Of a stretch of DNA of 64,000 nucleotides, positions 54,356 through 64,000 are shown one piece after another. The notes below the pieces were generated by a model. That model was not told the DNA's origin and did not search any database. It was given only the letters and a program-made list of their open reading frames with translations. The position numbers were made by a program, and so were the translations under genes. The DNA comes from Bryobacterales bacterium (GTDB lineage: Bacteria; Acidobacteriota; Terriglobia; Bryobacterales; UBA6623): positions 3,913 to 67,912 of the forward strand of contig JAPPMC010000194.1 in NCBI GenBank assembly GCA_028819235.1, written 5' to 3'. How positions within the stretch are numbered: position 1 is the stretch's first letter; each line of letters opens with the position of its first letter.

Positions 54356-57028
54356 TCACTTGCTCCGGAACAGTGGGCTCTGGACAATCTCGTGGACTAT
54401 TGTACGAACTCCATACTCGGAGCCGACGCTTCGATCCAGTATCGCGGCGATTTCTTCCCGGTCGGAAAAGCGGACGCGGGCCCCCGTCGCGTATACCGTC
54501 AGTTGCTCGGCGAGGTTCTGGGCAATCTTGCGCTCGTCGGCGAGCAACAGGGCCTTGTAGCCGTGGATGTCGCGGAAGGCCCTCCCGTCGCGAAGCTGGC
54601 CGCTCGCATCGACCGCCTTGCCGATGTAATACACGAAGTTGTTGCCACTCCTGCCACGGCCCTCCACGCGCTCACCCTCCCCGAGACTGCGGTAATTCTC
54701 GCGCCACGCTCCCATGACGTCGAAATTCTCAAGCGCCAGGCCGGGCGGATCAATGCGCGCGTGGCAGGCAGCGCATGCCCGGTCGTCACGGTGCCGCGCG
54801 AGCAACTCGCGAATGGTCGTCGCCCCGCGTGTGTCAGGCTCGACCGCGGGAATGCCCGGCGGAGGCGGCGGCGGCGGCTCGCCCTCGATGCGCTCCTTGA
54901 CCCATGTGCCGCGGACTACCGGCGATGTGCCCGCTCCGTTAGCCGTGATCTTGAGCACGGAAGCCTGGGTGAGAATGCCGCCGTGAGGATTCCCGTCCGG
55001 GAGCGGCGTGCGGCGGAGAGCGGGCCCCCTGATGCCCTCAACGCCGTAGTGGTTGGCGAGCCTCTCGTTCAGAAAGGTGTAGTCGGAATCCACTACGTTG
55101 CGGGCCGGCAGGTCCCTTGCCACGAGGTCCGCGAAGAACAGCTGCGTCTCGGCCACCATCGAGTCAACGAGCCAGTCGTCCCCGGCGTACTCGGGGAACA
55201 GGGTGCGGTCTGGCTCGGTGAAGCGGATCTCATCCAGGCCCAGCCAGTCATTCAGGAAGCCGTGAAGGAATCGATCGGACCGGCCGAGATCGAGAAGCCG
55301 GTCAACCTGATCTCGCAGCACCTCCGAATCCCCCAGCTGGCCAGCGCTGGCCATGGCGAGCAATTCCTCGTCCGGGCCAGCATCCGTCAGGAACAGCGCC
55401 AGCCTTTCTGCCAAGCCATAGTCGTCGAGCTTTCCCGGATCCTGGCTCAGGAACAGGAACCGCGGCGAGGACAGCACGGCGGCGTAAGTCGTGATCATCG
55501 CCTCCGTGAACGGGACGCCCTCCGCCAGCAGGCCGTCGGCGATCGCGAAGAAGCCCTCGGCCTCTCGCTTGTCGAGCGGGTACCGATACGCCCGGTCCAT
55601 GAATTCCCGCAGCAGAGCCGCTGCGTCTCCCCTTGGGTCTCGCGAGATGGCCTCGACCCGTTGAACACCCTCGACCTGCCGGAAGGGGAGATCTCCGAAC
55701 AGCGCTCCGTAACTCGCGGGAGGCCACTGCTCCACGAGCGGCCCCTCAATCTCGACCCAGTGGAACGCCACGCCCGGGAAACCGTCGGGATCGAATTGCT
55801 GGATTGTCTCGGGCAGGGCCGGAACCATCGGCCTGGGAAGCCCGATCGTGTCCGGCCGCAGAATCTCGCCCCGCCGCAAGTACGCCCCGAACTGTAGCGT
55901 TCGGGGCCGGTCGGGAGGCGCTTCGACCGTCGCGAGGAACCGCACATGATCGGTGGTTGGATTCACGGAACCCTCGGCGCCACCCCCGGTGTACATCGCG
56001 TAGAACGAGACTGGCTCGGGGCGCTTGCCCTCATAGACGCGGTCGGCCACGGGCTCCAGGAAGTCCCACTTTCCGGTAGGGTCCCCTTCGGGGAAGAACC
56101 TCGGGTTGGGGCCGGGTTCTGCCATGTCCGTCTGTCTCAGCACTGAGCGCAGCTTCACACGCACGCGGTAGTCGCCGCTGTACTCCACGCGGCCCTGATT
56201 GAAGTTGTACTGGTACGGCTGGTAGGGCCCGCGAAAAATCGCGACTGACTCGCTCTCCCTCTTCTTAGGATCCGCCGCTCCGACGGTGCGAGCTTCGAGC
56301 TCTTTTTCCCATGAGTGCTCTTCGTTGACTACCAGGCCGTCGAGCGCCAACCACCAGCGGTTCCACAGGCTGTTGCCATTCAGGGCCACCATGCCCTTCT
56401 GAGCGCGCGCGTAGTGGCGGGAGACCTTCGCCGCTGGACGCTCGGCCGGGAACTCCAAAGCTAGCCGCAGGGCCATCTCGGCAGCGTCGAGGTAGGCGTT
56501 GACCTGCACGCCTGAAATGTCCAGCGCCTCGCCGACCTTTGCAAAGCCGTGCACTTCGCCGTCTCGGGGCAGCACTTGGACGACGTTCAAGTAGCGCAGG
56601 CGCAGCAGGTCCTGCAGCGTGTTCTGGTACTCGACGCGATTCAGCCGCCGAATCGATGCGCGCCCGTCCCGGCCGGTCTCATCGGCCTCAAGAGAGATGA
56701 CTGCCCGCGAGAGCTCCCCAACCAACGTCTCGCGGTCCGCCACCGAGATCAAGCCCGGAACAGGCGGCATCTCACCCTTCGAGACGCGGTCATGCACGAG
56801 CACCCAGCGCTGCCGATTGTCGAGATCGGCAATGTCCCATTCGAGCTCTTGGAGATTGAGGCCCGCCTCGGCCACAGATCCGCCGTGGCAGCCGACGCAG
56901 GAACTGTCGAGGACGGCCCGGATGCCCTGGTGGTTCGCTGCCGCGAGAATGGCCGGCGCGCACAGGAAGAATGAGGCCGCCAGCAATCGGCGGCGATCAG
57001 CACGGTAGCGCTTGCGACTGCCGGTCAT
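54356..57028 (-). CDS. DUF1592/DUF1588/DUF1585-type protein with two CxxCH haem-binding motifs
   Basis: About 890 aa from ATG 57028 (MTGSRKRYRADRRRLLAASFF…). It has CVGCHG near the N-terminus and CAACHARIDPPGLALENFDVMGAWRE near the C-terminus, plus …DSDYTFLNERLANHYG. The start overlaps the upstream sulfatase stop as ATGA. Confidence 0.75.
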   Translation of the reverse strand: MTGSRKRYRADRRRLLAASFFLCAPAILAAANHQGIRAVLDSSCVGCHGGSVAEAGLNLQELEWDIADLDNRQRWVLVHDRVSKGEMPPVPGLISVADRETLVGELSRAVISLEADETGRDGRASIRRLNRVEYQNTLQDLLRLRYLNVVQVLPRDGEVHGFAKVGEALDISGVQVNAYLDAAEMALRLALEFPAERPAAKVSRHYARAQKGMVALNGNSLWNRWWLALDGLVVNEEHSWEKELEARTVGAADPKKRESESVAIFRGPYQPYQYNFNQGRVEYSGDYRVRVKLRSVLRQTDMAEPGPNPRFFPEGDPTGKWDFLEPVADRVYEGKRPEPVSFYAMYTGGGAEGSVNPTTDHVRFLATVEAPPDRPRTLQFGAYLRRGEILRPDTIGLPRPMVPALPETIQQFDPDGFPGVAFHWVEIEGPLVEQWPPASYGALFGDLPFRQVEGVQRVEAISRDPRGDAAALLREFMDRAYRYPLDKREAEGFFAIADGLLAEGVPFTEAMITTYAAVLSSPRFLFLSQDPGKLDDYGLAERLALFLTDAGPDEELLAMASAGQLGDSEVLRDQVDRLLDLGRSDRFLHGFLNDWLGLDEIRFTEPDRTLFPEYAGDDWLVDSMVAETQLFFADLVARDLPARNVVDSDYTFLNERLANHYGVEGIRGPALRRTPLPDGNPHGGILTQASVLKITANGAGTSPVVRGTWVKERIEGEPPPPPPPGIPAVEPDTRGATTIRELLARHRDDRACAACHARIDPPGLALENFDVMGAWRENYRSLGEGERVEGRGRSGNNFVYYIGKAVDASGQLRDGRAFRDIHGYKALLLADERKIAQNLAEQLTVYATGARVRFSDREEIAAILDRSVGSEYGVRTIVHEIVQSPLFRSK

Positions 57029-58623
57029 CGGCTGCGTCCTTCCGTCCTGATCCGGCGCAGCGCCTCTTGAAGCCTCAGGGCAGTCTCGCGCTCTTGGGCG
57101 TATAGGTCCCGCGTCTCGCCGAGATCCTCGTCCAAGTTGTAGAGCTGCGGCGGGGCCCCAACCTCCGCTTCGCCGTCCTGGTACCCGCCCCCTCCTTGGC
57201 CGTCGATGAGTTTCCACGGCCCTTTGCGGATCGCGAGCATGCCGTTGCCACCACTGTGCATCACCCTGGGACGACCAGCAGATTTGTCAAGCGTGCCACC
57301 GACGAGCGCTGGAAGCACGTTGAAGCTGTCAGGCCCGGCTCCCTGAGGCACTTCTACGCCGGCCACGGCGGCAAATGTTGCCATCATGTCGGCCAGCGTG
57401 ACGGTCTCGGCCGAGCGCGTCCCGGCCTTGATCTTTCCCGGCCAGCGGGCAAGGAACGGAACGCGGTGCCCGCCCTCCCAGATATCCCCCTTGCCACCGC
57501 GGAGGACGGGGCCGTTGGCGCGGTGATCGACAGCGGGCACGGCGTACGCCGTCTCGCCGTCTCCGTATCCGGCACCAAGTTGCGCCCTGCTGGACTCCGG
57601 GGCCGTGAGCCCGCCGTTGTCACTCGAGAAGATCACCAGCGTGCTTGCCGCCAGACCGAGGCGATCAAGGGCATCAAGAATCTCGCCAACGGACCAGTCG
57701 AGCTCCGCGATGAAATCGCCATACGTGCCGAATTCACTGGCCCCCCTGAAACGGGCATTCGGGGTGAATGGCCTGTGGGGCTGGTGGGGGGCATAGTACA
57801 GGAAGAATGGCTGCCGCCGCTTCGCGAGGATCTCCAATTGGGAGACGATCTTCGCGGTCAGGTCCACTGCCAGGGAGTGGTCATTCCAGCGCGCTGCCGT
57901 GCCACCTTCCATAATTCCCAAGTAGCGGGATTCCATCTTGACGATCGGATCGGCCGGATCCAGGCCGACCACCCGGTGATTCTCGACAAAGACGTACGGT
58001 GGATAACTGTTGACGATCGGGAGCCCGTAGAAGTAGTCGAAGCCAACTTCGAGCGGTCCTGGCCTTAGCTCCCCGTTCCAGTCTGGGCCGCCTGTCCGGC
58101 TCCGCCAGGCATTGGGCGTGCCCTGTCCCTCCCGGTTCTTGTGATAGCCCTCTTCCCGGCCAAAGCCCAAGTGCCACTTGCCGATGTGGGCCGTGAAGTA
58201 GCCGGCGGACTGCAGAAGGGACGCGACCGTCGGGCGGCCTTCTTCGATCAGCAACGGCCCGTCCGAGCTGAGGGCGCTTCGTGTCAGCCACGTCCGCCAG
58301 CAGTAGCGTCCCGTCAGGAAGCTGTAGCGGGTCGGGGTACAGACGGAGGAAGGGCTGTGGGCATCAGTGAAGAGCACGCCCTCTTCGCCCAGGCGGTCAA
58401 TGTTCGGGGTTCGGATTGCCGTCGCGCCGTAAGAGCTGAGGTCCCCGTACCCCAAGTCGTCGGCAAGGATGAAGACGATGTTGGGACGAGACGGAACACC
58501 GCAGGCCGCCGAGACGGCACCCGCTGCGACGGCCAGCGTCAGCAGGAATCCCGCGCGCGGGGTCTGCGACAGCCTTCGGCTGCCACCATCCAGAGCCGCA
58601 TCCCTCATGCGCATCTCCTCCAA
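57025..58623 (-). CDS. Arylsulfatase (Cys-type), paralogue of 51493-53013
   Basis: NIVFILADDLGYGDLSSYGA…SVCTPTRYSFLTGRY…GKWHLG…FSSDNGG. Confidence 0.9.
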   Translation of the reverse strand: MEEMRMRDAALDGGSRRLSQTPRAGFLLTLAVAAGAVSAACGVPSRPNIVFILADDLGYGDLSSYGATAIRTPNIDRLGEEGVLFTDAHSPSSVCTPTRYSFLTGRYCWRTWLTRSALSSDGPLLIEEGRPTVASLLQSAGYFTAHIGKWHLGFGREEGYHKNREGQGTPNAWRSRTGGPDWNGELRPGPLEVGFDYFYGLPIVNSYPPYVFVENHRVVGLDPADPIVKMESRYLGIMEGGTAARWNDHSLAVDLTAKIVSQLEILAKRRQPFFLYYAPHQPHRPFTPNARFRGASEFGTYGDFIAELDWSVGEILDALDRLGLAASTLVIFSSDNGGLTAPESSRAQLGAGYGDGETAYAVPAVDHRANGPVLRGGKGDIWEGGHRVPFLARWPGKIKAGTRSAETVTLADMMATFAAVAGVEVPQGAGPDSFNVLPALVGGTLDKSAGRPRVMHSGGNGMLAIRKGPWKLIDGQGGGGYQDGEAEVGAPPQLYNLDEDLGETRDLYAQERETALRLQEALRRIRTEGRSR

Positions 58624-58651
58624 GAGGACCTGTGCTGTCTCGCGCCGATCG

Positions 58652-61600
58652 CTAGAAATCGTAGCGCAGGGCCACTTGGACTACCCTCGATCCCCCCGCT
58701 CTAGTGATCCTTCCAAACGCGGGAGACCTCAAGTTACCGATCGGGTTGCCGAGATTCGGCCGGTTCAGCAGGTCGTAGAACTCACCGCGAAGCTCGACCG
58801 TGTGACCTTCAGCCCACATCGGAAAGCGCTTCTGGACGGCCAGCGTAGTCACGACGTCCCCAGTCCCGGTGATGATGTTCCGACCGGCGTTTCCGAACTG
58901 GCCCTCCTTGCCCGGCCCCGCGTTCCGCGTGAACGCCGTCGTGTCGAAATAGCGCGCGATCGTCTCGCCGCGGGAGCGCCCGCCGGGAAGCTTCCACTCG
59001 CCGACCACATCAGGCCGCTGGGGCCCGAGGTTCCGCCCCGCGCCGACAAGCGCGTAGTCCCTCCCGGATACGACGCTCAGCGGAATGCCGCTGAGCAGCC
59101 GGACGATACCAGACAACCGCCAGCCTCCGGCAATCGCATTCAGCGCGGGGTGCCAGCCTCCGCCGATCCTCCGGCCGTGCCCGAATGGCAGATCCAAGAT
59201 GCCGTTCATGGAAAAGATGTGCTTCTGGTCAAAGTCGGAGCGGGCCTTCTCGCCCGCGTGGGGGTCGAACGGATTCTGCGGGCCGGTCTGCCCGGGCACT
59301 GACCGCGACCGGTCATCAAGCGACTTGCCGAAAGAGTAGGAAGTCTGCAGGGTGTAGCCTCGCGCAAAGCGCTTCTGAAGCAGCAGTTGCAGGGCGTTGT
59401 AGGTGGAGTTTCCGTCTGCGTGCAGTGACGACACCGAGCCGTAGTACTCGGTCTGGAACTGCCGGCGCTGCTGAATGTTCCTGGCGGTCGCACCGGGCTG
59501 CCAGAGAGCCATGTTGGCCTCGCGCGGATAGTTCAGCTTGTGGGAGTTCTTTCCGACGTAGGCCACTTGGAGAAACCAGTCGTCGCCCAGCTGCTGCTGG
59601 ATGTTGAGGTTCCACTGCTGCACATACGCGTCGCGAAAGTCGGGACTGATTGCGTACTGACGAACCGGGTTCGCGTAGTTGAAGGTGTCCTGAGAATAGG
59701 GGAATGGGTCGGACGAGGCGCTCCACGGGTCGTTGAAGCTGGGCGGAGCTGCGAGAAAGACCGACAGAAGGAAGGGCTGGCTCGCGTGCGACACGGCCGA
59801 CTGGTTGTAGCCGATATAGGCGTAGAAGACGCCGTACGCAGCGCGCACCGAGGTCTTTCCATTCCCTGACACATCCCACGCCATGCCCACCCGGGGCGCA
59901 AGATTGTTCATATCGGTGTTCACGAGGCCACGCGCTACGCCCTGATCGCCGGGATAGACCGTGCCGGGGGCCGCTTCGGGAAAGACTGTTGATTGCTGGC
60001 AGTTCCCAAAGCACGGCGCTGCGGGGCGAATCGTCGATTGAAAGTCGAACTTCTGAGCCCACGGCGGCTGCACTTCGTAGCGCAGGCCAAGATTCAGGGT
60101 GAGGCGTGGCGACACCTTGAAGTCGTCTTGGACGAAGAAATGGTAGTTGCTGGTGAATGTGTCGTTATGGATCGTGCTCTGGGCGCGGAGATTGGACGGC
60201 TTGCCCAGCATGTAGTCCGCCGCGGCCAGCTCCGTGAAGTTTCCGTTGAACGTGAAGACTCCAGCGCTGCGAAACTGCGCGGTCTCACCCCCGACCAGCT
60301 GATACGTCTCGGCTCCGATCTTCAGGGCGTGCCTTCCCTTGATCCAAGACACCTTGCCTCCAATCTGTAGCGTCTTGTCGGGGCGCCGGGCCGGGAACGA
60401 GCCCGCGGCGAATCCCCGCCCCACGATGTTCACCTCCGGCGTGGCCGTGACCGGCCCGTCGTAGTTGAAGTTGCCACCTAGGTCTCGGGGCGACTGGCCC
60501 TGCCTGGGGCTTGTCGACTCTGCCGTCACGGTCGTGTAGCTGACGCGAAACTCGCCCAAGGACGTTGGGCTGAAATTGTGGGTGCTCGCGCCCGTGTAGC
60601 TGTCCACAACGCTGAACACCGATCCGACGAGCCCGGGACTGATGCCGCCCCTGTAGTCGCTGATGTCCTTGTTCCGGTAGTAGCGGAAGGTGGCGCGATG
60701 CCCTGCACTGAAGTTGTGATCTCCCTTAAGGGTGAATTGGTCGGAATCGCTCGGCCTTGGCCGCAACTCAATCGAGCGGCCGTCCGGCTGGTTCGGGAGT
60801 GGGAGGTACTCCCTGGCGTAGTTGACGGCCATGGGGTCGAAGCGGCTAGCGGGAATCCTGTTCTGCGCGAACGGCATCCCCGTGTCCGGGTCCAGCACGG
60901 CCGCCGACGCCGAGGAAAAGTCGCCATCTCTTTCGGCCGACGAGATGGGAAAGCTGGTGATGACCGACTGTTGCCTGATCCTAAGCCCCTGATAGGAGCC
61001 AAACAAGAATGTCTTGTTGCGCACGATCGGCCCGCCAAGCTTGCCGCCGAACTGGTTCTGCCGCAGCAGCGGCTTGCTGGGCGCGAAGAATGTCCGGGCG
61101 TTAAGCGCATCGTTCCGGAGGAACTCCCAAACGCCGCCGTGGAGGTCGTTCGTCCCGGATTTCGTGACTGCCGTAAAGACGCCGCCCGAGGCCCTTCCGT
61201 GCTCGGCGCTATAGGTGTTGGTGATGGCGCGGAACTCCCCAAGGCTGTCGGGGGAGGGCAGGTTCTGCGACCGATTCCACATCCCTCCCGAGAGAGAAGC
61301 ACCGTCCAGCAGCACGTTGTTCTCGTTGATCCTGCTCCCGGAAACGCTGAACGTGTTGCCGCCGCGACCGTCAGGGATGGTCGTTCTCAAGACGCTTCTC
61401 CCCACGCCGGGCAGCAGGGTCGCCAACTGCAGAACGTTGCGGCCGTTGAGAGGCAAGTTCTGCACTCGGTCGTTGTCCATGGTTGCGCCGAGCATGGTTT
61501 CGCGGGTGTCGACCCGAATCGCGTCGGCCGCCACTTCCACGATCTCGGTGACCGACCCGACCGTCATCTCAACATCTGCGCGACTGTTCTGCGCGACGCT

Positions 61601-61927
61601 CACCTCGATCTCCGACCGGGAGTAGGCCGAGAATCCCTCGGACCTGACGGTCAATTGGTAGGTGCCGGTCGGCAGGGCGTTGAATATGTAGAATCCGGTC
61701 TCGTCGGTCGCGGTCTCACGCAGCACGCCGGTACCCACGTTCTCTGCGGTCACGTCCGCGGCGACGATCGCGGCACCACTCGGGTCGGCCACCTGTCCCA
61801 GAATCGTCCCAGTGGTCTGAGCAACCGCCGGCCCGGCCAGGGCCAGTGCGGAGCAGAGTGCCGCAAGAAAGGCGAAGCGCACTCTGAGCCCACTACGCCA
61901 ATTAGAGCTCCAACTTATGGCAAACAT
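58652..61927 (-). CDS. TonB-dependent receptor, Oar-like with CarboxypepD_reg N-domain
   Basis: From ATG 61927: MFAISW…LALAGPAVAQTTGTILGQVADPSGAAIVAADVTAENVGTG…YQLTVRSEGF. Then the plug (…LPLNGRNVLQLATLLPGV…) and the terminal …VVQVALRYDF. The ORF extends to 62215, but that extension is not signal-like. Confidence 0.85.
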   Translation of the reverse strand: MFAISWSSNWRSGLRVRFAFLAALCSALALAGPAVAQTTGTILGQVADPSGAAIVAADVTAENVGTGVLRETATDETGFYIFNALPTGTYQLTVRSEGFSAYSRSEIEVSVAQNSRADVEMTVGSVTEIVEVAADAIRVDTRETMLGATMDNDRVQNLPLNGRNVLQLATLLPGVGRSVLRTTIPDGRGGNTFSVSGSRINENNVLLDGASLSGGMWNRSQNLPSPDSLGEFRAITNTYSAEHGRASGGVFTAVTKSGTNDLHGGVWEFLRNDALNARTFFAPSKPLLRQNQFGGKLGGPIVRNKTFLFGSYQGLRIRQQSVITSFPISSAERDGDFSSASAAVLDPDTGMPFAQNRIPASRFDPMAVNYAREYLPLPNQPDGRSIELRPRPSDSDQFTLKGDHNFSAGHRATFRYYRNKDISDYRGGISPGLVGSVFSVVDSYTGASTHNFSPTSLGEFRVSYTTVTAESTSPRQGQSPRDLGGNFNYDGPVTATPEVNIVGRGFAAGSFPARRPDKTLQIGGKVSWIKGRHALKIGAETYQLVGGETAQFRSAGVFTFNGNFTELAAADYMLGKPSNLRAQSTIHNDTFTSNYHFFVQDDFKVSPRLTLNLGLRYEVQPPWAQKFDFQSTIRPAAPCFGNCQQSTVFPEAAPGTVYPGDQGVARGLVNTDMNNLAPRVGMAWDVSGNGKTSVRAAYGVFYAYIGYNQSAVSHASQPFLLSVFLAAPPSFNDPWSASSDPFPYSQDTFNYANPVRQYAISPDFRDAYVQQWNLNIQQQLGDDWFLQVAYVGKNSHKLNYPREANMALWQPGATARNIQQRRQFQTEYYGSVSSLHADGNSTYNALQLLLQKRFARGYTLQTSYSFGKSLDDRSRSVPGQTGPQNPFDPHAGEKARSDFDQKHIFSMNGILDLPFGHGRRIGGGWHPALNAIAGGWRLSGIVRLLSGIPLSVVSGRDYALVGAGRNLGPQRPDVVGEWKLPGGRSRGETIARYFDTTAFTRNAGPGKEGQFGNAGRNIITGTGDVVTTLAVQKRFPMWAEGHTVELRGEFYDLLNRPNLGNPIGNLRSPAFGRITRAGGSRVVQVALRYDF

Positions 61928-62487
61928 GCTAGTCTTCCTCCCGCTTCCCGGATTGACGCCAAAACCCCGCTCGACTGCCGGCGGCAATCCCCACACCTCG
62001 GCGCGATTCGCCACGCGACAGAAGGATTGACTGTTGCAAGCAGCGCTCGGCGCTTCTGTTCTGGCCCGATCCAATGGTCTGACCATCTGCCCACAAACGA
62101 TAACAGCCGCTGGCAAGGCTGTCAACCTCCTTCGCCCCGGTCCGCCCAAGAATCGGGCCGCCACGCTGCGACATGGCAATCGAGCTGTCTGAGCGCAGCT
62201 GCAGCTGCCGGTCAATTCGCTCTCTTGGAGATCCGCTGCGAAAGCTAGGACGGCACCTTACATTCAGGGGCTAGGCGCGAGGAACCGGCCTACGACCGTT
62301 CCGTAAGGCCCCAATTGGAGCGCTTCCCAACAAGAGTCCCGATTTCTGGCGGGCACATAAGAGGCGGGCTCGTCTCAGACCAAGAGCTTCGCCACAGTCG
62401 GCCGGGGCCTGAGGCCTGCCAGACCTAGGGACAGGTGCCGAAATCTTGACAAGGCCCGGGGCCCCTGATAGCATTTGGTCTGTTGGT

Positions 62488-63315
62488 ATGACCAATTTTG
62501 GACAAGCGGAAGCAAAGTCCCGCTTGGAGGCGATTGTGCGGCGTACCGGCGATTACGAACTGGGCTTCCCTCCCGGGGTCCGCGTTCGGGTCTACGCCTC
62601 GGGCCGGACAGGGGCGCGCGGTTTGACCACGGCGGCCGCCGTCTTCGATCCCGGGATGGCGCTCGACTTTCACCGGCACGATTGCGGCGAGGCGATCACC
62701 GTTCTGGAGGGGACGCCCACCGTTCTGGTGGAAGGCCGCCCGCACACGCTTGGGCGACTTGACTGCGTGTACGTGCCGGGTGGGGTCTTGCACGCGGTGC
62801 AAAACGATTCGGCGACCGAAGCCCGCATCCACTCGGCCTTTGCCTCGCCAAACCCGCAGCGCACATTCGCGGAGATGGGGGAGCTGCCGGATTCGGGATC
62901 GCGGGGCGTTGGCTGCCCGGTCCCGGAGGCTGTGTCCCGCTTCGGGTTGTCATCCGGGTACGAGCTTGCTCCGGGAACGGACTTTCACGACCTCTTCGCT
63001 GCCCGCCTTGGGTCGTCGGGCATCTGCGGTGGTTTCGGGATGTTCCAGCCGGGCAGCGGGCTGCCTTGCCACTTTCACGAGTACGACGAATCGATCACGA
63101 TTGTGGCCGGGCACGCCGTGTGCCAGGTCGAGGGGCGGCACTACGAGGTTGGGCTGATGGACACCGCGGTGATCCCGGAGGGCCTGGCCCACCGATTTGT
63201 CAACAGGAGGGACTCGCCAATGGGAATGATCTGGGTGTACGCGGGAGACGAGCCTCGCCGAGTCTTGGTTGACAATACGCGGTGCTCCGGCGCAATTGGC
63301 ATAGCGTCCGAATAG
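62488..63315 (+). CDS. Bicupin (two cupin_2-like domains) protein
   Basis: Two modules: …LDFHRHDCGEAITVLEGTPTVLVEGRPHTLGRLDCVYVPGGVLHAVQN and …GLPCHFHEYDESITIVAGHAVCQVEGRHYEVGLMDTAVIPEGLAHRFVN. It is divergent from the receptor operon. Confidence 0.75.
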   Translation: MTNFGQAEAKSRLEAIVRRTGDYELGFPPGVRVRVYASGRTGARGLTTAAAVFDPGMALDFHRHDCGEAITVLEGTPTVLVEGRPHTLGRLDCVYVPGGVLHAVQNDSATEARIHSAFASPNPQRTFAEMGELPDSGSRGVGCPVPEAVSRFGLSSGYELAPGTDFHDLFAARLGSSGICGGFGMFQPGSGLPCHFHEYDESITIVAGHAVCQVEGRHYEVGLMDTAVIPEGLAHRFVNRRDSPMGMIWVYAGDEPRRVLVDNTRCSGAIGIASE

Positions 63316-63420
63316 GCGAGCATGCCATCGCCGGGGGGTCTGTTAGGATGGCCGCAGCGGGTCACCTCTTGGCCTTGCAGGGAAAGTCACGAGACGGTCG
63401 GGAGTTCTGTCTAGGCAGAG

Positions 63421-64000
63421 ATGGGAAGTGCCTCACCTCTCGAGCCGGTCAAGCGCCGGACTCTCACGGTTGAAATCTGCGAGAGACTGACCAGCTTCAT
63501 CGTCCGCGGCGAGTGGGCCGTCGGAATGAAGCTACCGCCGGAGCGGGATCTCACGAGTCAGCTGGGGGTCGGTCGATCGAGCATCCGCGAGGCGCTGAAG
63601 GCCCTCGAAGTTATGGGCCTAGTGGAGTCCCGCCCGGGCAACGGCACTTATGTCTGCGATCGGTCCCGGTTCTTTTCAGGCCCGCTGCTGTGGGCGATCA
63701 CCAGCAATGCGGACGGTGAGGTGCGGGAGCTGATCGAGGCTCGCCGCGTGATCGAGACTGAGCTTTGCGGCCTCGCCGCGGAGCGCGCGACCGCGGACGA
63801 TCTCAAGAGGATGGGGCATCTGCTGGACGAGATGGAGGCTGGCTTGGACGACCAAGATCGGTTTCTCTCGGCAGATCTCGATTTCCACTTGGCGGTGGCG
63901 CAGAGTGCCCATAACCGCATTCTGATGAATGCGCTAGAGATGATTCGCAATCTGATGCGGCAGTGGATCCGGCAAGCCTTGCTGGTCCCGGCAGTGCCAG
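63421..64000 (+). CDS. GntR/FadR-family transcriptional regulator (partial, runs off the window end)
   Basis: Translation from ATG 63421 is open to the window end: …LPPERDLTSQLGVGRSSIREALKALEVMGLVESRPGNGTYV (GntR wHTH), then an FCD-like region: ELIEARRVIETELCGLAAERAT…DLDFHLAVAQSAHNRIL. It is absent from the ORF track because it has no stop. Confidence 0.85.
   Translation, partial: MGSASPLEPVKRRTLTVEICERLTSFIVRGEWAVGMKLPPERDLTSQLGVGRSSIREALKALEVMGLVESRPGNGTYVCDRSRFFSGPLLWAITSNADGEVRELIEARRVIETELCGLAAERATADDLKRMGHLLDEMEAGLDDQDRFLSADLDFHLAVAQSAHNRILMNALEMIRNLMRQWIRQALLVPAVP

Overview
High-GC bacterial chromosomal window (about 60-68% G+C by eye). It is probably from an Acidobacteriota-like organism: it has a TIGR03436-like VWFA protein, CarboxypepD_reg-type TonB-dependent receptors, a DUF1552/DUF1592 pair and sulfatases. 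I saw no rRNA, tRNA, CRISPR array, integrase or transposase. (1) Positions 1-18300 hold a type 1 BREX phage-defence locus on the minus strand, in the order brxA-brxB-brxC ... pglX ... pglZ-brxL; brxL is cut by the window edge. Extra genes interrupt the locus. Between brxC and pglX sit a frameshifted AAA_21-like ATPase with a possibly decayed partner, and a clearly AT-richer cassette encoding a 753-aa AAA_13 RloC/PrrC-like putative anticodon nuclease. Between pglX and pglZ sits an AlbA_2(Schlafen-like)/HATPase_c_4/wHTH protein. This BREX-embedded accessory set is my best candidate for an undescribed arrangement. (2) Positions 18.6-35.2 kb carry secreted M1 and M48 metalloproteases, a BacNav-type voltage-gated channel with an acidic TLEDWTD pore motif, a TonB-dependent receptor and a SAM methyltransferase. 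They also carry two paralogous secreted repeat+PHP/CehA-like hydrolases flanking a Uma2 endonuclease that has a heptad-repeat tail. (3) Positions 35.2-41.0 kb form a decayed accessory patch. It contains a ~360-bp duplication of the promoter and 5' end of the 832-aa hydrolase gene, a broken PD-(D/E)XK-family fragment, an AT-rich inverted-repeat spot, a nucleotidyltransferase-like two-gene pair, a GFAPNPF-motif (possibly Nmad2-like) protein and a DUF4143-type AAA ATPase. (4) Positions 41.2-47.1 kb are metabolic: a class III aminotransferase, a CitE-like lyase, a MaoC dehydratase, an acyl-CoA dehydrogenase and pgi. (5) Positions 47.5-51.1 kb hold a Sel1-repeat protein built from a ~690-bp tandem triplication, and a VWFA protein. 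(6) Positions 51.5-64.0 kb hold a TonB receptor-sulfatase-DUF1592(CxxCH)-DUF1552-sulfatase operon, with a divergent bicupin and a GntR/FadR regulator (partial at the window end). All family assignments rest on motif recognition by eye; no HMM or BLAST search was run.
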